64,000 nt of DNA from an uncultured Actinomycetota bacterium (GCA_963746485.1 CAVVBL010000008.1:8418-72417); one strand, 5' to 3'. Shown: positions 9,427 through 18,923, numbered from the stretch's first letter. Numbers and translations are program-made. The notes: generated by a model from the sequence alone, not told the origin.

Positions 9427-9693
9427 TCTGCCTAGCCCCGCTGCAGCGTGCAGCACAACATCGTGAACCGTCGGCACCCAGCCGTCTGTGGCAGAGTTGT
9501 CGCCAGCCGATGGCAGTGACTTATCGATCATTTACGGACAATACAGCGCCAAGCTAATTCCCGGCCCTAGTTCTCCGCCGGTTAGTTCTCGGGCGGTGTC
9601 GGGGTGGTCGTTGCGGGTAGAAACGCAGTGTCGTGACCGAGTTGACCGCGGGTTGTGCAGCTGGCCGTAGAGACGGTGAGGGGCCCTGTTCTG

Positions 9694-10293
9694 ATGCGTT
9701 CTGACATCATTCCCGGTGGCACGTTCCCTGATTACGCGCTGCCCGACGATATCGGCACCGTCCGCACGCTGAGCGAGATCCAGGGCCGGGATCCGATGAT
9801 CCTGACGCTCGCGCGGGGCAACTACTGCCCGAAGGAGCACCGGCAGCATCTGGAACTGGCCGAGCATTATGCAGAGATCGCGGTGGCGTACACCCAGGTC
9901 GCGACGATCGCCACTGATGACCATCACACGCTGCAGGAGTTCCGCAAATCGGTCGGCGCGCCGTGGCCGTTCCTGTCCGATCCGGGGCGGGTCGTCCAGA
10001 AGGACCTGGACATCCAGGAGTACACGGACCCCGAGCACAACCCGATGATCCCGCACACCCTCGTGCTCAAGCCCGGCCTGGTGATCCACAGCGTCTACAA
10101 CGGCTACTGGTTCTGGGGCCGACCGTCGTTCTACGACCTGTGGCGCGACCTGCGAGCGGCCACCGCCGAGATCCGCCCGGACTGGGACCTGTCCGTACCG
10201 GGCTTGCGCGAGGCCTGGGATGCCGGCGACTACTCCAAGTTCCACGGCTGGGACCGGCGGCCGGCCGGGGCTACCCCGAACTCGTACGAGTGA
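9694..10293 (+). CDS. Redoxin / AhpC-TSA-like thiol peroxidase family protein
   Basis: FPDYALPDD..GTVRTLSEIQGRDPMILTLARGNYCPKEH, a thioredoxin-fold peroxiredoxin-like motif with one Cys. Confidence 0.7.
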   Translation: MRSDIIPGGTFPDYALPDDIGTVRTLSEIQGRDPMILTLARGNYCPKEHRQHLELAEHYAEIAVAYTQVATIATDDHHTLQEFRKSVGAPWPFLSDPGRVVQKDLDIQEYTDPEHNPMIPHTLVLKPGLVIHSVYNGYWFWGRPSFYDLWRDLRAATAEIRPDWDLSVPGLREAWDAGDYSKFHGWDRRPAGATPNSYE

Positions 10294-10345
10294 CACAGCC
10301 GAGTAAACACGCCGGCGGGGGCTGACCCAGGGCCCGGACCGGCCC

Positions 10346-11321
10346 GTGCGAGTAACGGAGGGGGCGCGGCCAGTGCGCACGCCAGTCTGCGAAATGCTCG
10401 GAATCGAACGGCCGATCGTGCAGGCACCCATGGCTGCGATTCCGCCGCTGGCCGCGGCGGTATCCAACGCCGGGGCGCTCGGCATGGTGACTCTGACGTG
10501 GTCCGACGACACCGGCGCGGTCGTCCGGGAGACGGCGGGGCTGACCTCGCGGCCGTTCGGCGGCAACTTCGTCCTCACCAGCGACCACCACCGTGACCTT
10601 GACCGGGCCCTGGACGCCGGGCTGCGGATCGTCTCGTTCATGTGGGGCGACCCGGCCGGCTACATCGGGGCGGTGCACGCCGCCGGCGGGATCGTCCTGC
10701 ACACCGTCGGCAGTGCCGAGGAAGCCCGCCGTGCGGTAGGAGCCGGCGCCGACGCCATCGTCGCGCAGGGCTGGGAAGCCGGGGGCCACGTCTGGGGCCA
10801 GGTGGCGACCCTGCCGCTGGTGCCCGCCGTCGTCGACGCCGTCGCGCCGGTACCGGTGATCGCGGCCGGCGGGATCGGCGACGCCCGCGGAGTCGCCGCC
10901 GTCCTGGCACTCGGCGCCCAGGCCGCCTGGCTGGGCACCCGGTTTCTGCTCGCAGACGAGATGCCCCTGCACGACGACTACCGGCGGCGCCTGATCGCCG
11001 CCGCCGAGACGGACCCGCAGTGGTACCCGAACCTCTACGACGTCGGCTGGCCCGACTCCCCGCACCGCGCTCTCAGCAATTCCACCTCCCGGGCATGGGA
11101 CGCCGCCGGCCGCCCCCGACGCCCAGCGCCCCGGAGCCGGCGACACCATCGCGCACTTCGCCTCCGGCGAGGCCATCGTCCGCTACGAGCCAGCCCCGCC
11201 CATGACCGGCACCACCGGCGAGATCGAGGCGCTCTCCATGTGGGCCGGGCAGAGCGTCGCGCTCGCCCGGCAGCCGCAGTCAGCAGCAGACATCGTTACC
11301 GAACTCACCTCCCGCCTTTAA
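10346..11321 (+). pseudogene. Nitronate monooxygenase (NMO/2-nitropropane dioxygenase family), apparent frameshift
   Basis: N-terminal ERPIVQAPMAAI..AVSNAGALGM and FMN-binding VIAAGGIGDARGVAA. After AWDAAGRP the protein-like frame moves by one nucleotide at the C5 run 11113-11117. It continues as DAQRPGAGDTIAHF...MWAGQSVALARQ...TELTSRL and stops at 11319-11321. Confidence 0.7.
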
Positions 11322-11403
11322 CTCAGACGGCAACCGCACGGACGCGATATCTCGGCGGCAGGCAGTCCTCGTCAAGGGAGATGCTGACATTCCCAGTCAG
11401 GAA

Positions 11404-12286
11404 ATGCAGGACGTGATCGACCTCCTGAGGGATCAGCAGAGGGCGAGTGCGAGCATGCCTGCGCCGCCGCTGGCGGAGCGCCGGGCCACCTTCGTGCCCG
11501 GCGGCCGCCTCCATCCTGTGCCTGCCGATGTGGCAGTGAGTGAGGTGACCGCCGGCGGGGTGCCGGCGCACTGGCTGGCCGCGCCGGGCACGGAGCCGGG
11601 CCGGGTGCTGCTGTTCCTGCACGGCGGAGGGTTTGAGCTCGGGTCGCTGCGCAGCGACGGCGAGCTGGCGGCCCGGCTGGGGCGGGCCAGCGGGATGCGG
11701 GTGCTCTTTCCTGAGTACCGGCTGGCTCCCGAGCACCCGTTCCCGGCCGCCATCGACGACGTGCTGGCGGCGTGGCGGTGGCTGCGCGCCGGCGAGGGTC
11801 TCAGCGCGCGGTCGATGGCCGTGGCTGGTGACTCGGCCGGCGGCGGGCTCGGGGTCGCCCTGCTCGTGGCCGCCCGTGACGCCGGGGAGGAGCTGCCGGC
11901 GGCCGCCGTGCTGATGTCCCCGACGGTGGACCTGACCAGCTCGGGGGCCTCGATGACCGAGCGCGCCGATCAGGATCCGCTCCACTCCCGCCATGCTGCG
12001 TCAGTTCGCGGCCGGCTACCTGGCCGGGGCCGACCCGGCGACGCCGCTGGCGTCGCCGCTGTTCGCATCCCTGACCGGGCTCCCGCCGCTTTTCATCCAG
12101 GTCGGCACGGCCGACCTGCTGCTCAGCGACTCCGAGCGGCTGGCCGCCGCAGCCACCCGGGCCGGCGTCGATGTCAGCCTGCACGTCGGCGAGGGCCTGC
12201 CCCACGTCTACCCGATCATGCTCGGCACCCCCGAGGCAGAACAGGCCACCCAGCAAACCGGCACATTCCTGCGGGTCCGGGTATGA
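11404..12286 (+). pseudogene. Alpha/beta hydrolase (HSL-type esterase/lipase), apparent frameshift
   Basis: HGGGF oxyanion motif and GDSAGG nucleophile elbow lie in the first frame. The C-terminal part (MLRQFAAGYL...LPPLFIQVGTADLL...GLPHVY) lies in the 11993..12286 frame. The junction is near 11980. Confidence 0.7.
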
Positions 12287-12314
12287 CTGTCCAGGGGAAC
12301 CTCGAGGAGGAAAC

Positions 12315-13073
12315 ATGACCAGCACGTCTGCTCCAGCTCTGTCCCAGCGAGAGCCAGAGCTGGCCGGACAAACGGTCGTGGTGATCGGCGGAAGCTCCGG
12401 CATCGGGATGGAGACCGCCCGGCGCGCCCGGGCTGAGGCCGCAGACATTATTCTCACCGGCCGAAATCCCGACCGGCTGAAGCAAGCGGCCACGGAACTG
12501 GGCGCGCAGCGCACCGCGGCCTTCGACGCCACCGATTCTGGCCAGCTGGCTGCGTTCTTCCAGGCGCTGCCCGCACCGATCGACCACGTGCTCGTCACCG
12601 GTCCCGGCCCGTACTATGCGCGCCTCGCCGACCTGGACCGGGAGCGGGCGCACCGCGATTTCGACGCGCACCTATGGCTGGCTGTGGCTGTCGCGCAGCA
12701 GGCCGTCGGCAAGGTTCGGCCGGGGGGCACCCTGCTGTTCATGGCCGGCACTGCCGGGGCGCGCGGCGCCGGCCTGTCGATGAGTGCCGCAGTCACCGCG
12801 GCGCTGCCCGCCCTGATCGCGAACCTCGCCGTCGAAGTGGCACCAATCAGGGCCAACCTCATCGCGGCCGGCTTCGTCGACTCGCCGCTGTCGGCCACGC
12901 TGCTTGGCAGCGACCTGGAAGCTCGCCGGGACAAGCTCCGCGCGACGCTTCCGATCAGGCGCGTCGTCGGCCCGGCCGACGTGGCCGCGCTCGCTGTCCA
13001 CATCATGACCAACAGCGCCCTCACCGGCGGGACCTATGACATCGACGGCGGCCAGCAGCTGATCTCCTCGTGA
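12315..13073 (+). CDS. Short-chain dehydrogenase/reductase (SDR)
   Basis: Rossmann motif VVVIGGSSGIGMETA. ATG 12315 is preceded by GAGGAGG. Confidence 0.85.
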   Translation: MTSTSAPALSQREPELAGQTVVVIGGSSGIGMETARRARAEAADIILTGRNPDRLKQAATELGAQRTAAFDATDSGQLAAFFQALPAPIDHVLVTGPGPYYARLADLDRERAHRDFDAHLWLAVAVAQQAVGKVRPGGTLLFMAGTAGARGAGLSMSAAVTAALPALIANLAVEVAPIRANLIAAGFVDSPLSATLLGSDLEARRDKLRATLPIRRVVGPADVAALAVHIMTNSALTGGTYDIDGGQQLISS

Positions 13074-13098
13074 ACACCCGACACTGACGGAGGCAGGG

Positions 13099-13329
13099 AT
13101 GGAAAAAGAAGCAGTCGGTTACGAGCGCGATATCCGCCCGCTATTCCGGGAGAAGGACATCAGCTCGATGTCCAAGGCGTTCGATCTGGCGTCCTATGAC
13201 GACGTGCGTGCCAACGCGGACGGAATCCTGGCGAAGGTCGCAGACGGGTCGATGCCCTGTGACGGTCCGTGGCCGCGGGAGCGAGTCGAGCTCTTTCGCA
13301 GCTGGGTCGACGCCGGCTGTCCGGCCTGA
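13099..13329 (+). CDS. Small conserved hypothetical protein (76 aa)
   Basis: ORF with a GGAGG-like RBS and high third-position GC. Sequence DIRPLFREKDISSM...GSMPCDGPWP...WVDAGCP. Function unknown. Confidence 0.5.
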   Translation: MEKEAVGYERDIRPLFREKDISSMSKAFDLASYDDVRANADGILAKVADGSMPCDGPWPRERVELFRSWVDAGCPA

Positions 13330-13439
13330 ACGCGGGCCTCAGCATCTCGCTCACCGCCCGCAGTCACTGGACGTGGCAGACCAGCCGGAGGCTCACGGGC
13401 CGAGCGCCTGACCGCCGGGCCGTGGCTCAGAAGGGCGCG

Positions 13440-14117
13440 TTACTGTCGGCCTGCTCTGGCGAGCATCCCGTCGAGAACAACGTCGATGGCGAAGCGGAAC
13501 CGCTCGTCGCTATCGCCCGCGACGAGCTGTGCGGCGTGGGCAGCGATGAGAGGGAAGCGGTCGGGCGGCAGCCCGGCGAATGTCGTGTAGAGCTCGGCAG
13601 CCAGCTCAGCGTGGCCGGCAGGCCGTACGTCGTCCTCGATGGCGGCGTAGGTCACCAGCAGGGCAAAGATATCGGCACCCCAGGCGGCGTCCTGAGGATC
13701 GAGGCCACCGGCGAGCAGGATTCCCAGCAGGTTCTCCGTCAGGCGCAGGGCCGCTTCGGTCGTGGGCGGGTCGGCCATGGCCGTCGCGGCGATTCCAGGA
13801 TGAGCGGCCAGTGCCCGGTGCATTCGCTCGAGAAGCAAGTGCAGCTGAGCACGCCAGCGCGCGGGATCCGGGGGCTCGAGCTCGATGGCGGCGGTGATGC
13901 GGTCCTGCATCGCATGGAGCAGGCCCTCGCGGCCGGGGACATAGACGTAGAGCGAGGCAGCCCCCGTATCTAGCGCGGCTGCGACCCGCCGCATCGTGAC
14001 TGCCTCCAGACCCTCAGACTTGAGGATCGCCAGGGCCGCGTCGACGACTGCGTCCTCGCTGAGCGGCGTCTTTGCCGGCCGGTCACGAGTCGAGCGGTGG
14101 TGGCTCGTGGCGTTCAT
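13440..14117 (-). CDS. TetR family transcriptional regulator
   Basis: N-terminal HTH AVVDAALAILKSEGLEAVTMRRVAAALDTGAASLYVYV. Divergent from an MFS exporter. Confidence 0.85.
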   Translation of the reverse strand: MNATSHHRSTRDRPAKTPLSEDAVVDAALAILKSEGLEAVTMRRVAAALDTGAASLYVYVPGREGLLHAMQDRITAAIELEPPDPARWRAQLHLLLERMHRALAAHPGIAATAMADPPTTEAALRLTENLLGILLAGGLDPQDAAWGADIFALLVTYAAIEDDVRPAGHAELAAELYTTFAGLPPDRFPLIAAHAAQLVAGDSDERFRFAIDVVLDGMLARAGRQ

Positions 14118-14177
14118 CGTTGCTGGACCTCCGGGCGAGAGACACTACGGACTCTACTTGACGAGAACGTCGTCCGT

Positions 14178-14210
14178 GACGTACGGTGTTCGTAACGAAC
14201 AGCGTACGTC
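14178..14210. promoter_or_regulatory. 33-nt near-perfect nested palindrome (candidate TetR operator)
   Basis: GACGTACGgtGTTCGTaACGAACagCGTACGTC lies in the TetR/MFS divergent intergenic region. 15 of 16 arm positions pair. Confidence 0.55.
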
Positions 14211-14261
14211 CAGCGTACACCCCCCGTACGACTCGCTCTGATCGTCGATCTGAAGGTTCTC

Positions 14262-15689
14262 ATGGGTACTGCCACTACTGCTACTGCCACGAGCACTCAG
14301 CCCTACCGGCTGCGCTGGGTCGTGGCGGCCGTCGTGCTGGCAGCTAACGTCATGGATCTGCTCGACGCCACGATCGTCAACGTTGCCGCCCCCTCCGTCC
14401 ATCGCGACCTCGGCGGAGGTGCCAGCACCATCCAGTGGCTGAGCGCCAGCTACACGCTGGCCTTTGCCGTTCTGCTGATCGCCGGAGCAAGGCTCGGGGA
14501 CATCCTCGGCCGCCGCCGCATGTTTCTGGTCGGCTCGGCAGGCTTCACGCTCTTCTCGGCCGCCTGCTGCGTCGCGCCCACCGTCGGCGTGCTCATCGCC
14601 TTCCGGGCGCTTCAGGGCGCCTTCGGCGCGCTCATGATCCCCCAGGGCTTCGGCCTGATGAAGCAGGTCTTCGACGACGACGCCGAGTTCGATAAGGCAA
14701 CGGGTCTGTTCGGTCCGGCGACGGGCCTGGCGATGCTCGCCGCGCCGATCGTCGCCGGAGCGCTCATCGACGCCAACCTGTGGGGAAGCGGGTGGCGCCT
14801 GGTGTTCCTCATCAACGTTCCGATCGGCGCGCTGACGCTGCCTCTCGCGATCCGCTCGCTGCCCCGCGGTGCCACACACCCCGGCATCAAGCTCGACATC
14901 GGTGGCGTCTGGCTGGTCGGCCTGGCGCTGGTCGCGATTATCTATCCGCTTATCCAGGGGCGGACCGACGGCTGGCCCGCCTGGTCCCTCGGCCTCCTCG
15001 CGGCTGGCCTGATCCTCCTCCTGGTTTTCCTGCGCTACGAGCGGCGCCACAAGAACAGCCCGCTGATCGAACCCACACTGCTCACCAACCGCACCTATCT
15101 CAGCGGCGTTGCCGTCGCACTGGCCCTCTTCGGCGCCTTCGGCGGGCTTCTGCTCTGCGTTTCGCTCTACGGCCAGCTCGGGGAAGGCTGGTCACCGATC
15201 CACGCCGGCCTGACGCTGACGCCGATGGTCGTGGGGATGATCCTCGGCATGGTCGGCTCTCTTGCCCTGGTCAGCCGGCTCGGACGTCACCTGCTCCATA
15301 TCGGAATACTGCTTATCGCCGCGGGCGCTGCCGGACTTGCGCTGATCCTCGCCGGCACCCGCGGTGCCTCAACCTGGGACCTCGTGCCCGGTCTCTTCTT
15401 TATCGGCGCAGGCGTCGGTGCCAGCATCGGGCAGCTTTTCCGGTTCATCCTGACCAGTGTGAACATGAACGAGGTCGGATCCGCCTCCGGTGTCCTGGAA
15501 GCCGTACAGCAGCTCTCGACTTCGCTCGGAGTGGCGGTCCTCGGCACTATCTTCTTTTCCGCTTTCGGCCACCACCTCCCGTCGTACGCACTGCAGATCA
15601 CCGCTTGGGCCTGCCTGGTACCACTGGCGGCGGCCTTCGTCCTCGTGTTCCGGCTGCCCATGCACCCGCGGGAAGAGCAGGCTCACTAG
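14262..15689 (+). CDS. MFS transporter, DHA2 (EmrB/QacA) type
   Basis: 475 aa with about 14 predicted TM segments. Motifs LGDILGRRRMFLVG and QGAFGALMIP. Confidence 0.85.
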   Translation: MGTATTATATSTQPYRLRWVVAAVVLAANVMDLLDATIVNVAAPSVHRDLGGGASTIQWLSASYTLAFAVLLIAGARLGDILGRRRMFLVGSAGFTLFSAACCVAPTVGVLIAFRALQGAFGALMIPQGFGLMKQVFDDDAEFDKATGLFGPATGLAMLAAPIVAGALIDANLWGSGWRLVFLINVPIGALTLPLAIRSLPRGATHPGIKLDIGGVWLVGLALVAIIYPLIQGRTDGWPAWSLGLLAAGLILLLVFLRYERRHKNSPLIEPTLLTNRTYLSGVAVALALFGAFGGLLLCVSLYGQLGEGWSPIHAGLTLTPMVVGMILGMVGSLALVSRLGRHLLHIGILLIAAGAAGLALILAGTRGASTWDLVPGLFFIGAGVGASIGQLFRFILTSVNMNEVGSASGVLEAVQQLSTSLGVAVLGTIFFSAFGHHLPSYALQITAWACLVPLAAAFVLVFRLPMHPREEQAH

Positions 15690-15705
15690 TACAGCGCGGC
15701 CCGAT

Positions 15706-15749
15706 GGGGGCCTGGTTAGTGTCGCCAGAACGACACTAACCAGGCCCCC
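15706..15749. terminator. Perfect 19-bp stem hairpin between convergent genes
   Basis: GGGGGCCTGGTTAGTGTCG-ccagaa-CGACACTAACCAGGCCCCC, between the MFS stop (15689) and the ABC permease stop (15787). Confidence 0.65.
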
Positions 15750-15786
15750 ACGCCAAGGTCCCCGGGCAGGCCGGGCCGTTCCATCC

Positions 15787-16551
15787 TCAGGCGGTCTTGC
15801 GGTGGTAGGTGAACATGGCGAGGGCGTAGGCGACGATGAGGATGCCGAGGCACCAGGCGAGCGCAGGCCAGATGCTCGCGCTGACTGGCTGCTGTGCAAG
15901 CAGGTCGCGGATCGTGTTGACGATGGACGTCACCGGCTGGTTGTCGGCGAAGGCGCGCACCGGGCCAGGCATGGTGCGGGTGGGCACGAAAGCCGAGCTG
16001 ATGAACGGCAGGAGGACGATCGGGTAGGAGAACGCGCCCGCGCCGTCCGTGGTCTTGGCGGACAGTCCGGCGATGACCGCGAGCCAGGTCAGAGCCAGGG
16101 TGAACAGGACGAGGATGCCGGCGACGGCAAGCCATGCCAGCGCTCCCGCGCCAGAGCGGAACCCGATGAGCACGGCAACGAGCACGACGAGCATCAGCGA
16201 GATCAGGTTGGAGACCACTGAGGTCAGCACGTGTGCCCACAGCGCGCTCGAGCGTGCGATCGGCATGGACTGGAATCGTTCGAAGATCCCGCTCTGCATG
16301 TCGGTGAAGAGCCGTATTCCGGTGTAGGAGATGCCCATCACGATCGTGATCAGCAGGATCCCGGGCAGCAGGTAGTTCACATAGTGGCCCGACCCGGTGC
16401 GGAGCGCGCCGCCGAACACGTAGACGAACAGCAGCATGAGGGCGATCGGCATGATCGTGACCGTGATGATGGTGTCCAGGCTGCGGGCGATGTGGCGCAT
16501 GGACCGGCCCAGCAAGACGGCGGTGTCGCCGACGAAGTATGCGGTAGTCAT
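15787..16551 (-). CDS. ABC-2 type transporter permease
   Basis: 254 aa with six predicted TM helices. Directly downstream of the ABC ATPase. Confidence 0.85.
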   Translation of the reverse strand: MTTAYFVGDTAVLLGRSMRHIARSLDTIITVTIMPIALMLLFVYVFGGALRTGSGHYVNYLLPGILLITIVMGISYTGIRLFTDMQSGIFERFQSMPIARSSALWAHVLTSVVSNLISLMLVVLVAVLIGFRSGAGALAWLAVAGILVLFTLALTWLAVIAGLSAKTTDGAGAFSYPIVLLPFISSAFVPTRTMPGPVRAFADNQPVTSIVNTIRDLLAQQPVSASIWPALAWCLGILIVAYALAMFTYHRKTA

Positions 16552-16560
16552 CGTTCTTCC

Positions 16561-17355
16561 TTAGTTGTTCGTGCCTGCAGTGCTGGTCGTGCGCGTGTCG
16601 TCGTCGGTGCCCGTGATAGCCAGGAAGATGTCCTCCAGGGACGGCTGCTTCTCGACGTACTCGACGTGGGCGGGCGGGAAGAGCTGCTTCAGCTCGGCGA
16701 GGGTGCCGTTCGCGATGATCCGCCCGTCATGGAGGATCGCGATCCGGTCGGCGAGCTGCTCGGCCTCTTCCAGCTGCTGCGTCGTTAGCAGCACCGTCGT
16801 GCCCTGACCGGCGAGCTGCCTGACGCTGTTCCACACTTCAGCGCGCGACTGAGGGTCGAGCCCGGTGGTCGGTTCATCCAGGAAGATCACCGGCGGACTC
16901 CCGATGAGGCTCATGGCGATGTCCAGGCGGCGGCGCATGCCTCCGGAATACGTCGACACCCTTCGCCCGGCCGCGTCGGTGAGCTGGAAACGGGTCAGCA
17001 GGTCATCCGCGATCTGGCCGACGTCCTTCAGATGCCGCAGCCGGGCCACCAGCACGAGGTTCTCTCGCCCGGTGAGGGTGTCATCCACGGCCGCGAACTG
17101 CCCGGTGAGACTGATGGACTCGCGCACGTTCGCCGGCTGGGTGGCAACGCCATAGCCATCCACGGTGGCCGTGCCCGCATCGGCCTTGAGCAGCGTGGAC
17201 AGGATTTTCACGACTGTGGTCTTGCCCGCGCCGTTGGAGCCGAGCAGGGCGAAGATGCTCCCCCGCGCCACGTCGAAGTCCACGCCGCGCAGTACGTGCA
17301 GCTTCTTGTACGACTTCTCCATGCCCTGAACGCGGATGGCTGCGCTGGTGGTCAT
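16561..17355 (-). CDS. ABC transporter ATP-binding protein (DrrA-like)
   Basis: Walker A GSNGAGKTT, signature YSGGMRRRL, Walker B VIFLDEPTTGLD. Start set at ATG 17355 (MTTSAAIRVQG); the longer ORF prefix is Arg-rich and not protein-like. Confidence 0.9.
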   Translation of the reverse strand: MTTSAAIRVQGMEKSYKKLHVLRGVDFDVARGSIFALLGSNGAGKTTVVKILSTLLKADAGTATVDGYGVATQPANVRESISLTGQFAAVDDTLTGRENLVLVARLRHLKDVGQIADDLLTRFQLTDAAGRRVSTYSGGMRRRLDIAMSLIGSPPVIFLDEPTTGLDPQSRAEVWNSVRQLAGQGTTVLLTTQQLEEAEQLADRIAILHDGRIIANGTLAELKQLFPPAHVEYVEKQPSLEDIFLAITGTDDDTRTTSTAGTNN

Positions 17356-17720
17356 TTCCGGTCCTCTCGCTCCGCGTCCTCGATGGTCCTGGTGAGGCGA
17401 GCGCGTTCCTTGTCGATCCACCGCTTGCCGGCATAGGCCTGGGCGAACGTGTCGGCGAACTCGACCGGGTCCTCTCCGACGATGTCGCGCACGGGTGTTC
17501 CGTCGGCGGCGGCGCGCTCCCAGAGGTCGGCGAAGTCGCCGAACATCTTGAGGCCGGTCTCGCCATCGACGATGCCCGCGTAGTACATGAAGTACCGCTG
17601 AAACGCCTCGGCCACGATGCCGTAAGGCTCGGGCAGAGCCTTGATGCGGGCCCGGTACTGCCTGTACCGCTTCTTCTGGTCGAGCGACCCGGTGACCAGC
17701 TCGATCCACTTCGCTGCCAT
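17352..17720 (-). CDS. DUF1048 family protein
   Basis: 122 aa with the typical KKRYRQYRARIKALPEPY start. ATGA overlap with the ABC ATPase. Follows PadR, as in PadR-DUF1048 operons. Confidence 0.75.
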   Translation of the reverse strand: MAAKWIELVTGSLDQKKRYRQYRARIKALPEPYGIVAEAFQRYFMYYAGIVDGETGLKMFGDFADLWERAAADGTPVRDIVGEDPVEFADTFAQAYAGKRWIDKERARLTRTIEDAEREDRK

Positions 17721-17721
17721 T

Positions 17722-18051
17722 TCACTTGCCTCCTTTGCGGAGCTGTTCCAGTCGCTCTGTGAGGAAGCTCCACGTCCTCCAGAACTCGTCGAGGTACTCG
17801 CGTCCCTGGGCGTTGAGGGAGTACACCTTGCGCGGCGGCCCCTTCTCGGAGGGAACCTTCTCGACGTCGACGAGGCCGCGCTGCTCGACCCTGATGAGCA
17901 GCGCGTAGACGGTCCCTTCGGCGATGTCGGAAAAGCCCTGCTCCCGCAGCCATGCCGTGATCTCGTAGCCGTACGCCGGCCGGCTGACCAGGATGGCGAG
18001 GACGATGCCTTCCAGCGTTCCCTTGAGCATTTCCGTCACCTGCTTGCCCAT
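17722..18051 (-). CDS. PadR family transcriptional regulator
   Basis: LKGTLEGIVLAILVSRPAYGYEI...GTVYALLIRVEQRGLV...RKVYSLN, a winged-helix PadR signature. Confidence 0.9.
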   Translation of the reverse strand: MGKQVTEMLKGTLEGIVLAILVSRPAYGYEITAWLREQGFSDIAEGTVYALLIRVEQRGLVDVEKVPSEKGPPRKVYSLNAQGREYLDEFWRTWSFLTERLEQLRKGGK

Positions 18052-18074
18052 GGAACACCTCCGCTCCCGGCTAC

Positions 18075-18110
18075 TCAGTGATATTGACTACTGGTACATA
18101 GTAACACTGA
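18075..18110. promoter_or_regulatory. AT-rich inverted repeat upstream of padR (candidate operator/promoter)
   Basis: TCAGTGATA-(18 nt)-TAACACTGA (8 of 9 positions pair), 24 nt upstream of the padR ATG. This is the lowest-GC spot in the neighbourhood. Confidence 0.35.
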
Positions 18111-18263
18111 ATAGCCCCGCCGCAAGCCCGGCGGCAAACCCCGCCGCAAGCGCGCCGGAAGGCGGGACTGCACGCGTGCGGGCGGTCCGATCGGATCGGG
18201 TTGAGAGGGGTAACGGCAGTGCCTGCCTCGCGGCGACCTCAGGGCCGACGGCCGCCGTCGTGA

Positions 18264-18758
18264 CTAGCTGCCGTCGCGCCCGGTCAGCGGGGCAGTGACC
18301 CACCATTCCGAGGCGATGCTCAGACCGCAGGCTTGCAGTGCCTCTCGCTTCTCGACGTCGAGGTGCCCGGTGACCACCACGGCCTGAATGGCGCTCCGGT
18401 CAGCTGCCAGCTCGAGTGCTGCTCGCAGAAGCTGAGCACCGGTGCTCTTCCACCGGCCCGGCTGCACCACGAAATCGTCAATCTGGCACGTCCGCCCGCC
18501 CGGCTCGTAAACGGCCGGGGCATCGCCGATGAACGCGATGACGAAGCCCGTCAGCGTGCCCGAGGCCTCGCTGACGAGCGTGATTACGTCCTTGTGGTCG
18601 ATCAGCTTGGCGAAGTACGGCTGCTGCAGTTCCTCGGCGCTGGGGGCCGGAGCCCAGTAGACCGGCTGGTAGCTGGCGTACTGCCGTCGCCGGGCAGCTG
18701 CCATCGCGACCATCGCGTCGAGGTCAGATGCCGTAGCGGGGCGGACCTGCTCTGCCAC
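18264..18758 (-). CDS. GNAT family N-acetyltransferase
   Basis: 164 aa. The CQIDDFVVQPGRWKSTGAQLLRAAL segment resembles the GNAT acetyl-CoA binding motif A. Confidence 0.7.
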   Translation of the reverse strand: MAEQVRPATASDLDAMVAMAAARRRQYASYQPVYWAPAPSAEELQQPYFAKLIDHKDVITLVSEASGTLTGFVIAFIGDAPAVYEPGGRTCQIDDFVVQPGRWKSTGAQLLRAALELAADRSAIQAVVVTGHLDVEKREALQACGLSIASEWWVTAPLTGRDGS

Positions 18759-18923
18759 AGCTCCCAGGATACGGACGCGGCACCCCGGGACCGCGGCGCA
18801 GCCTCGGTCACTGCGGACATATCCCGCAGCGGTCAGTATTTCAGTTGCCGCCCGCAGCTACCTCCTCTAGCGTCACCCGTGCGCTGACGGCTGGCGCGGA
18901 CACGGCGGACCAGAGGAGACAGC

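Noticed and set aside
9532-10641. 369-aa ORF on the minus strand
   Set aside because: Antisense to the redoxin and monooxygenase genes. A shadow frame.
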